Assembly (NCBI GenBank): GCA_043228905.1
Contig: JBHGNT010001289.1
Location: 1 to 10,233, forward strand
Direction of reading: 5' to 3'
Source of the DNA: Azolla caroliniana
Lineage: Eukaryota; Plantae; Polypodiophyta
Length of the DNA stretch: 10,233 nucleotides
Positions 1-7,900 of the stretch are shown here, piece by piece. Made by a program: the position numbers and the translations under genes. The notes beneath the pieces were generated by a model. That model was not told the DNA's origin, ran no database searches, and saw nothing but the letters and a program-made list of their open reading frames with translations. The stretch's first letter is position 1; each line of letters begins with the position of its first letter.

Positions 1-268
1 CGTAATCGAGGCATATACCTCTACGCACACGAGACATCCAAAAATAAGGGTTCAACGTAATACGCAATTGAGGTATTGACCTCTTACGCATACGAGACCA
101 AACGCATTTCATTTACAACAAAATCGAGGTGTTGACCTCATATGCAAATGTAACATATGTTCGTGAATGTAATACGTAATTGAGGTATTAACCTCGTACG
201 CATACGACACTTATCACATATTATTTATATGTCAAATGAGGTATTGACCTCGTGCACATATGTAAGCG
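1..268. repeat. Degenerate tandem repeat, about 56-bp period, each unit with palindromic core GAGGT-N4-ACCTC
   Basis: GAGG cores start at 8, 70, 126, 182 and 238 (spacing 62, 56, 56, 56), e.g. GAGGTATTGACCTC at 70 and 238, GAGGTGTTGACCTC at 126, GAGGTATTAACCTC at 182. Confidence 0.85.
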
Positions 269-495
269 TTTTAGATAACCAATTAAATACCACTACAACA
301 TCATTTAATGAATGAAAATAATCTACATATTAACCATACACATGATTAGATGGGAGAAGAAAAAATAGACAAAAAATAACAAGAAAGATTACCGAAGTTC
401 CTTGTTGATCCTTGTCTGCATGAAGGCCAACCACACAATGATCGATCGCCATCCATCGAGAAGATAAGACCAACAAAAGAAACATTAGTACATAA

Positions 496-507
496 GCTCT
501 GATACCA
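496..507 (-). promoter_or_regulatory. Primer binding site complementary to the 3' end of initiator tRNA-Met
   Basis: Plus-strand GCTCTGATACCA = minus-strand TGGTATCAGAGC, the canonical plant LTR-retrotransposon Met PBS, 2 nt from the LTR end. Confidence 0.93.
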
Positions 508-509
508 AA

Positions 510-958
510 TATTAGAGACATGTACTAAAGAAAGCATTAGATAAGGATAGATCTAGGTAGATAGAAAGAAAGGAGAGAGAGAAAGAAGGGTGTCGATCCA
601 CCTGACCACCCCCGAGTGAAGGGATCGAGACGGACTCGAGCCTCGATCGGCGTCCCATACCACCGTCATGGCGTCGAGTCGTACCTGGTGTTGGCGCGCT
701 CGCTACAAGAGTTGACCCACCACAAGATAGAGTCTCGGCGTAGTCAACAAGGTCATCAAATGAGGGTAGCTAGGCCTCTATTTATAGCGATACCCAAGGC
801 CCCCAGCCATGTTCACACTTGGCCTAATGGGTTGTCTCAATCCCGAGGATTTAAAAGTAATCCTCCCCTTCTTTATACTCTCGCTCACACTTATCCATGT
901 GTATAGAATACTACGGTAAATTCTCACCACGGGATATTATATGGTCATGCCCGTAACA
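510..958 (-). repeat. 5' long terminal repeat (449 bp)
   Basis: Minus-strand termini TGTTA...TAATA (canonical TAACA with one C>T), adjacent PBS, internal TATA box, sharp junction with pol at 959. Confidence 0.82.
779..786 (-). promoter_or_regulatory. TATA box of the LTR promoter
   Basis: Minus strand GCTATAAATAGAGG, about 170 nt inside the LTR start, oriented towards the PBS. Confidence 0.65.
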
Positions 959-1334
959 CAAGGGAATTCAGACATCCAAATTCCCAAATAATATCAAGAC
1001 TATGTTGATGTTTTAGACAAAGTCAAAACTAGTGTTCTACCAAAGCATCAATTGTATGACTGTCCTATTGATCTCCAACCAGGAAAAGAGCCATCGTGGG
1101 GTCCGATTTACAATTTATCACCCGCTGAGCTTGAGGTTTTTCGAGAATACAACGAGGAAAATCTTGCACATGGGTTTATTCGACATTCAATGTCTACAGC
1201 TAGTGCTCCTATCTTTTTTGTGAAGAAAAAGGACAACTCCCTTCGTTTGGTCGTGGACTATCGAGGCTTAAATAAAGCCACCATAAGGAATAGGTATATT
1301 CTACCTATACTCTCTAGTCTCTTGGAACGCATTG
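959..1334 (+). pseudogene. pol: Gypsy pol fragment 1: protease-RT linker and N-terminal reverse transcriptase
   Basis: Frame +2 from 959: [63 protein letters not shown]...APIFFVKKKDNSLRLVVDYRGLNKATIRNRYILPILSSLLERI. Stop at 989-991. Similarity ends exactly at the TIR. Confidence 0.95.
1331..1334 (+). repeat. Target-site duplication ATTG (left copy)
   Basis: ATTG directly precedes the left TIR and an identical ATTG follows the right TIR (6877-6880). Confidence 0.93.
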
Positions 1335-1360
1335 AACACGTTTGCGTTCACAAGTGGAAG
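1335..1360 (+). repeat. Left terminal inverted repeat
   Basis: AACACGTTTGCGTTCACAAGTGGAAG is the exact reverse complement of 6851-6876; extends to 35 bp (1369/6842) with 2 mismatches. Confidence 0.97.
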
Positions 1361-1880
1361 AATCGCGCATTCCACTTATACATTCCTTTTATAATCTTGC
1401 GATTTTAGGCGATTTTTAGAAACTTGATACACAAGTATCACATGTTTTAAATAGCATGTAAAATTTGTTAATTTTTTGAGATTTAACAAGTTTCAAAATG
1501 ATAATTTTTAAAATTGAATAGTTTTTCAATAAATGCTTAAACGTTGATGGTTTGAAAATATGAAATGTAGCTAGCTTAAAGAAAATCAAAATGGTTAACT
1601 TAACACACAAGTTAAGATTAATGGTTTCACCATCTTGAGAAGATGTAGGTTCCAGAAGTGGAAGTTACATCTATTGTTAGACTTGAAAATGTTTTAAGTA
1701 TAAGAGGTAACATTGTAATCCTTAATGCCATCATGCTCTATAAATTTAGTGCTCATTAACATCCATAAATTCACAACTCAAGAAATGTATACAATATTCA
1801 TAAACCATTTTGATAAATCTATAACTCCTAAACTGTAGATGATATTCATAAACATTCAAAACTGCCAAACTTAGATGTAA

Positions 1881-2045
1881 ACATTAATATATCAATTTGA
1901 GGTTCTGAAGGAGATGAAAAATATGGGTGCTCAATTAGGCTCAATGAAAAGACATCTTCAAGAATGGAAGTCTTCTCGTGTTGAAATTGATGAGAAGTTG
2001 CATGCCTTAAAAGCTTTATTCAGAAAACCTTGCATTTTTCATTAG
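1881..2045 (+). pseudogene. Possible short cargo ORF remnant (coiled-coil-like peptide), unknown family
   Basis: Frame +3: TLIYQFEVLKEMKNMGAQLGSMKRHLQEWKSSRVEIDEKLHALKALFRKPCIFH*. Protein-like composition and an upstream CTATAAAT at 1738-1745; no recognisable domain. Confidence 0.25.
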
Positions 2046-2441
2046 ATAATTAAAAGAAAATGGTTTTGAAACCATGTGTCTATTTGAAGTTGAGCATCCA
2101 ACAAGCATGGAAAATGGAAATGGATATTGTAATTACTCCATGTTGCATACATATCATATGTTATGTGCTAAGCGCCATTTTGAGAAAATCAATACATGCA
2201 TGCATCATGGTGGATTTATGTCGACAATGTAGCCAATATGACCCATGGAACCAGATCAAAAGAAGGGCTAAATCAACGCAAACACAAAGAATATCATTCA
2301 CAAGGAATTCTTGATCTCATTACAATCCAAGTTCCTTTAAATAGCCATGCTCCTTAACTAGTCAACACATATTTACAACTTTTCATCAAGGAGAATATAC
2401 TAGTTTTGTCATTATAGAATTAAAACAACTATCATACCTAG

Positions 2442-3245
2442 GAAAATACTAGAAACACAAAACTACATAGTTTAGACCTGTTCCACTTGTATGCAAATGA
2501 AACAGAATGAGCAATTAGTCAGTTGTCCAGCTCTGTTCTACCATATCACGCACACGTCGATTATATTCTCGACGATTTTCACTGTACATTCGAGCAGCTT
2601 CAGAGTTTGCTGGTGAATTTGGATTCGGATCACATAACAATGACTACACAATATCACCATCACAACAATGATTACACCACAATGTGATCATAAGAAAATC
2701 ATATCGAAAAAGTTTACATGGAAATACCTAAATTGATGTAAGAATTGCGGCCACATCATAGATAGGACTCCATTGATTTTGGAGTATGTCCAAACAAATG
2801 CTACCATCAGCACAGACTACATCATGTGTAAAAAATGACCTTGGGGTTAACGTGTAGTTAGCATGATAGCACTACAAAACAATATAACACTGTAGATGAA
2901 AGAATATCAATACCTAAAACTATACGGGAATCTGTGGATCAGAGAATGAAAAGGTGGAGACTGAAATTGTATAAACACAATAAGCTTGCCCATGCTTTTA
3001 AAATTCTCAATCACTCAGAGAAAAGAAGATTGGACAAAATGCTGCTAGCAGATCAAACAATCCATTATGCATTGCAACTTGTAGAAACAGTGAATCAGCA
3101 CTGCACAAATGTATCCAGTTTGACAGACGAATTTGCATGAAACTCATTAATCAAGGAATATTGCACATATGATCACAAACTGACAAAAAACATTTAACAT
3201 CACTGTGTTGATTAAGACATGGAAATTTTTATACTAACAACTTAA
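2442..3245 (+). pseudogene. Possible decayed cargo or accessory ORF of unknown family
   Basis: Frame +3 gives protein-like text in one frame: [50 protein letters not shown]...YNTVDERISIPKTIRESVDQRMKRWRLKLYKHNKLAHAFKILNHSEKRRLDKMLL...EFA*. About ten stops; longest open stretch 2862-3137. Confidence 0.3.
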
Positions 3246-4055
3246 AGCCTCTGAACAATGTATGCAAGAAAGAACATCTTCAATGACATCAAAAAGAAGG
3301 TGACACTGAAATCTACATGAAATTCCAAACCCTCATGTTTGCAAATATATTTTCGTCAGTTTCATCATTTTATTGCTAACAGCTCTTAAGACAATAATAG
3401 TCTTGTAGTCTAGGGAGACAAGTACATATAAGATCAAAAATAGAAGTTCAGTAAAAAAGTTTCACCCAATGATTAAGAAGAAAATAAAACATATAACTGA
3501 TCTACAAACTAGGGCCAAAAAAGCCCTCACACAAGGCTGCCATTGGTAACAAATGGCAGATATAATCATCAATGATCAACCCCAAGTTGTCAATTTATTC
3601 ACGTATGTACTCTTAGATGCACATTTTGTGGTAGCACCCCCAAATGAGTAGCTATTGTGCAACCCGACCATATGGGTCGATAAGGTGTCAATCTAGGAAA
3701 CCATAGATGAGTAAGACACAATGTATTTAGGAAAGAGCAAAGTAGGCTGATAGGATTGACTACTCAAGTCAAGTAGAAGAATATTTTCTGGGCAAGTTAA
3801 GATGTACTTAATCTTGAAGTATGTGCCATTCATTTTAAAATAAGTACTATCTAGCACTAGCTTGTATCTAGGGAGCTGGGTCATATTAAATGACAAGTCA
3901 GCTGACAAAAAAGGAATATCTCCACTACTATCAACTGACTTGCACATTTAATGTTACACTTAGAACAAATAGAGAATATAATCCACTCTCTTACATAGTG
4001 TCTGTGAATGCTCTCCTCTTCTTCATTTTGAGAGCTTCCCTACAAAATTTGTGAA

Positions 4056-5561
4056 GTAAATGACATTTGCAAGGTTCAATTACCATCAACACAATTATTA
4101 ATGGATTTCTGTTAATCAAGGAAGCACATGTTCACCGTAAGGTATCTTGTTGTGCAACATAATTCTTTACAACATCGATATGCATCTTTTACTCTTGTTA
4201 AAACAGATATTTTAGTACAATTCAAGTTCATGTAAAAACCCTAAACCTCTTTTATTTGAAAAAAAAAAAAGATTTCTAAACATGAACTCCATGCATTGTA
4301 TTAAGTTGATGTAAAAAACAGAGTTTTCATCACAACTCCATCACAATTTTTTTTCCCAAATTAAAAAATAAAATCGAACTTGATGAAAAAACCAAAATTT
4401 TCACCACAATTCAGTACAATGTACCTAGTTTATGTTTAAAGTAATTTTTTTCAATTTTGTTTTATTATTATTTTTATTTATTTATTTATTGGAAAAAAAA
4501 AACTTTAAACATGAATTCAATACATTGTATCGACTTGTGATGAAAACTCTGGTTTTTTCATCATTTCAACTTTTAAAAAAAATAAATAACCAAAAGGACT
4601 CAAAATAAATAGAAAAAAAACCAAAATTGTTTATTTTAAAACCCCCCAAAAAAACCTTTAAACATGAACTCAATACATTGTATCGAATTCATGTGAAAAA
4701 GTCAGCTTTTTGACATGAACTCAATACAATGTATCGAGTTGGTCTTGAAAAATTTGTTTTTCAACACGAACTCGATACATTGTATCCAGTTCGTGTCAAA
4801 ATGTTGACTTTTCAACCTGATTTTGATATGGCGTATCGAGTTCGTGTTTAAATGTTTTAAACACAAACTTGATACATTGTATCGAGTTCATGTCAAAAAA
4901 CTAAGTATTTCAACACAAACTCGATATGGCGTATCGAGTTCATGTTTAAAGTTTTTTTTTTCTATCTATTTTGAGTCTTCTTCTTCTTTTTTAAATTGTT
5001 TTTGACGTGATGTAAAAAAACTAGAGTTTTCATCACAAGTTGATACAATGTATCAAATTCATGTTTAAAGTTTTTTTCCCAAAAAACAAATTAAAAATAA
5101 ATAAAAAATATATCAAAAAAATTTGAACAAATTTTGAAAAAATTACTTTAAACATGAACTCTATATATTGTATTGAATTGTGGTGAAAAAACTGGTTTTT
5201 TCATCTAGTCAAGCTCAATTGTTTTATTTTTTAAATCCGAGAAAAAAACTTTGAACATGAATTTGATACATTGTATGTAATTGTGATTAAAACTTTGTTT
5301 TTTACATCAACTCGATATAATGCATGGAGTTCATGTTTAGAAATCATCTTTTTATTCAAATAAAAGAGGTTTAGGGTTTATATGAACTCGAATTGTACTA
5401 AAATCTCTATTTTTACAAGAGAAAAAGATGCATATCGATACTACAAAGAAGTATGTTGCACAACAAGACACCTTATGGTGGGTGAACATGTGCTTCATTG
5501 ATTAACAAAAAACCATTAAGAATTGTGTTGATGGCAATTGAGCCTTGCAAATGCCATTTAC
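4056..5561. repeat. About 1.5-kb imperfect inverted repeat (fold-back), centre near 4805
   Basis: GTAAATGACATTTGCAAGGTTCAATTACCATCAACACAATT (from 4056) pairs with AATTGTGTTGATGGCAATTGAGCCTTGCAAATGCCATTTAC (to 5561). By-eye alignment of the outer 205 bp gives about 20 substitutions and 2 small indels. Pairing continues inwards, e.g. 4281-4311 with 5305-5335. Confidence 0.96.
4663..4944. repeat. Six tandem 31-bp palindromes, consensus CATGAACTCGATAC-ATT-GTATCGAGTTCATG, period about 51 bp
   Basis: Units start at 4663, 4714, 4765, 4816, 4862 and 4914. More degenerate copies lie near 4281, 4405, 4510, 5033, 5153, 5256 and 5305. Confidence 0.93.
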
Positions 5562-6083
5562 GTGGTGTATAAAAAATTATCGTGGTTCTTAATCATCACG
5601 TCAAGCACTTAATGTTGATCTTTATAGTTTGGTTCATCTACAACAGAGAAACATTTATGTGGAACTAAGGATGACAACATGAGCATAACTCAGGTGACAA
5701 GGAAACTTACAAGAACTCAAGGTGGGGATATTAATAGCTACACATGTAGATGGCCATCAGCTAGGGCACCAATTCTGCATTGGTAAAGTTTTGGACGTGG
5801 TGATGGATTAAACTTTTGTAATACATCTATCATTGACATTAGTGAGGTGGATGTCATTGTGTATGACTTTACACTGACAAAAGTTGGATGTTTAAAGACG
5901 AGAATGATATACATAATAAAAAAGATATTACCAAGACTAGAGGATATCTCAAATTGAAGGCGAACAAGATTTAGTGCACACAATTTGGAGACACCATTTG
6001 GTGAAGACAATGATTTGATTGGTACATTTGAAAATGAGGAGGAAGAGTCACAATTGTATATTAGCTATAGTAGTGATTCTTAA
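5418..6083 (+). pseudogene. Decayed C-terminal part of a putative Sola1-like (DUF7869-type) transposase; catalytic core absent
   Basis: Across two frameshifts: REKDAYRYYKEVCCTTRHLM / VNMCFID*QKTIKNCVDGN*ALQMPFTW...QRNIYVELRMTT*A*LR*QGNLQELKVGILIATHVDGHQLGHQFCIGKVLDVVMD* / NTSIIDISEVDVIVYDFTLTKVGCLKTRMIYIIKKILP...ENEEEES. Clearly protein-like with an acidic tail. Family assignment is from recalled resemblance to bryophyte proteins and has not been tested by search. Confidence 0.55.
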
Positions 6084-6441
6084 GAAAGGACGATGATAGT
6101 GATGCAAATAACTCTTAAATGTATTTTTTGTGCAACGATGTTGAGAATCAAGCTCAACTTGGTCTAGTGTGTGAACTCACCTTGAGAGTGAATAGACACT
6201 CCAACTGTCAAGAGTCACCAATATGTCACCTCTTTGTATTCTAGCATTTAGTATGAGTCATAGAATCATATTCTATGACACATAACTTATGAGCTTTCAC
6301 ATTCCCCATGCTCCATGAGTCTTGTAGTTAATGAAGAGAGAGGGTGACTATATAAAGCACCCTCCTCCTACCTTGTATGAAGTTGAGTCTTTCTCCTTTG
6401 TTAATATAATCTACCTTGCGTATACTCTATGCCTTACTCCT

Positions 6442-6443
<2 letters not shown>

Positions 6444-6477
<34 letters not shown>
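6444..6477. repeat. (TC)17 microsatellite
   Basis: Uninterrupted TC dinucleotide run. Confidence 0.97.
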
Positions 6478-6480
<3 letters not shown>

Positions 6481-6850
6481 CACACACATAGTTCACACCT
6501 ATTCCGCTACACAAGAATCATACCCAATTCTTTACAAACGATATGTAAGAAATTTAGACAATATTTTATCAAATGAAATAAAAAAGTTGATTGTTTTGAA
6601 CTCTTTCACTTATGATTTTGTTAGGATCTAAAATACTACTAGTTGTAATTTCTTCTTAAAAATACACAAAGTTACTTTTCGTATTTGGCCAAAATTTGGC
6701 ATTTTTCAATTTTACCAAATGGTGAAAATTTTAGTTTTTTCATCCAGTTTTTGAGAACATGTGATACTGGTATCAAGGTGTTTTGTGAAATGGCAAAAAA
6801 AGCCCCAAAATCAAACGTAATATTCCTTATCCTTCAATTTGTGCGCCATC

Positions 6851-6876
6851 CTTCCACTTGTGAACGCAAACGTGTT
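6851..6876 (-). repeat. Right terminal inverted repeat
   Basis: CTTCCACTTGTGAACGCAAACGTGTT, exact reverse complement of 1335-1360. Confidence 0.97.
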
Positions 6877-6880
6877 ATTG
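6877..6880 (+). repeat. Target-site duplication ATTG (right copy)
   Basis: Identical to 1331-1334; RT codons resume right after it. Confidence 0.93.
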
Positions 6881-7530
6881 GTGGGGCATAGCATTTTACC
6901 AAAATTGATCTAAGGGGTGCATATAATCTTGTTCGAATTCAACCAAGAGATGAGTGGAAAACTGCACTTCATACTCGGTATGGTCATTTCGAGTATACAG
7001 TCATGCCTTTCGGACTCACAAATTCACCCCTAGTATTTCAACATATGGCAAATGACATTTTCCGGGATTTCTTGGATATCTTTCTCATCATCTACCTAGA
7101 TGATATATTGATTTACTCTAAAACACAAGAGGAGCATGATATACATGTGGTGAAAGTACTTGAATGCCTAAGAAAGTATGGTCTTTATGCCAAACTTGAG
7201 AAATGCAGTTTTGATTGCAAACAAGTCGAATTTTTGGGATACACTATTTCATCCAAGGGTATTTTCATGGATCCAGCAAAAGTCCAAACAATATTGGAAT
7301 GGAAACCCCCATGCTCAATTTGGAACGTCCAGTGTTTCCTCGGATATGCGAACTTCTATCGCAAATTCATACGTAATTATTCAAGCATTGTGTTGCCCCT
7401 CACCCAACTCACCAAGAAAAATCAAGCATTTTTTTGGAGTATCGAAGTAGACAAGGCTTTTACTCAACTGAAAGAGGCATTCACATCAGCACCTATCCCA
7501 GCACATATTGATCCTGAAAAGCCATTTACT
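6881..7530 (+). pseudogene. pol: Gypsy pol fragment 2: reverse transcriptase core and connection
   Basis: Frame +1: [52 protein letters not shown]...IIYLDDILIYS...KLEKCSF...VEFLGY...FLGYANFYRKFI. YLDD motif is intact; stop at 6889-6891. Confidence 0.97.
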
Positions 7531-7900
7531 ATTGAGGCGGATGCGTGAGACTTCGCATTGGGGAGTATCCTATCACAACCAGGCGAGAACGGGGCAGACT
7601 CATCCAGTTGTGTTTCACTCGAGAAAATTTACTATTTCGGAGATAAACTATGAGGTGCATGACAAGGAGTTACTAGTTGTGGCCAACTCATTCGAGCAAT
7701 GGCGTCATTTTCTAGAAGGATCGCCTCATCAGATTATCATTTATAGTGATCACAAAAATCTCACATATTTTCAAACAACTCGAGTATTAAATAGACAACA
7801 AGCTCAGTGAGCCCAATTTCTAATGTGTTTCGATTTCAAGATCATTTTTCGCCCCAAAAAACAAGGGAAGGCGGATTCTTTGTCTCGACGTTCGTATCTA
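7531..7900 (+). pseudogene. pol: Gypsy pol RNase H domain, disrupted
   Basis: IEADA*DFALGSILSQPGENG, then a +1 frameshift in the G run near 7591-7594, then QTHPVVFHSRKF...[10 protein letters not shown]...WRHFLEG...YSDHKNL...QAQ*AQFL...KADSLSRR. Stops at 7546-7548 and 7808-7810. Confidence 0.95.

Larger units (their letters stand above)
1..958 (-). mobile_element. 5' end of an LTR retrotransposon (5' LTR, PBS, non-coding leader), inserted antisense into the Gypsy pol; continues beyond the left window edge
   Basis: Minus strand reads TGTTACGGG (from 958) ... TCTCTAATA (to 510), then TT, then TGGTATCAGAGC (507-496). Host pol codons start immediately at 959. Superfamily cannot be assigned because no coding sequence is in the window. 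Confidence 0.85.
1335..6876. mobile_element. 5,542-bp non-autonomous TIR DNA transposon with 4-bp TSD, probably Sola1-like
   Basis: Perfect 26-bp TIRs, ATTG TSD, and excision restores RT (LLERI/[15 protein letters not shown]). The superfamily is inferred from the 4-bp non-TTAA TSD, the non-TG termini and the transposase-like remnant at 5418-6083, so it is less certain than the boundaries. Confidence 0.93.

Noticed and set aside
330-906. Short ORFs 330-521, 346-537 and 616-906
   Set aside because: They overlap the PBS and LTR, show no gag or other motifs, and are most likely chance frames.
1337-1341. CACTA-like terminus (CACGT)
   Set aside because: Not CACTA or CACTG. The inverted match extends two more bases (AA/TT) and only that boundary gives a TSD and restores the RT frame.
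1052-1408. 118-aa ORF as an intact gene
   Set aside because: It is a chimera: RT up to LLERI, then read-through into the left TIR (EHVCVHKWK...).
3693-3947. 84-aa minus-strand ORF inside the TIR element
   Set aside because: No recognisable motif and no extension in either direction; cannot be distinguished from chance.
4236-4245. Plant telomere-like / telo-box AAACCCTAAA (mirrored at 5370-5379)
   Set aside because: Little more than one repeat unit; the two occurrences are one site duplicated by the inversion.
4663-4944. CRISPR-like appearance (31-bp palindromic repeats at regular spacing)
   Set aside because: Spacers are only 15-21 bp, AT-rich, similar to one another and self-complementary. 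Repeats are degenerate, there are no cas genes, and the context is eukaryotic TE sequence.
4056-5561. Independent foldback/MULE or MITE insertion
   Set aside because: Flanks (AAATTTGTGAA and GTGGTGTATAA) show no TSD, and the right arm continues seamlessly into the transposase-like frame.
6331-6631. ORFs with LSLSLS runs, possible signal peptide
   Set aside because: Produced by the (TC)17 microsatellite; the same applies to the RERE ORF at 9130-9387.
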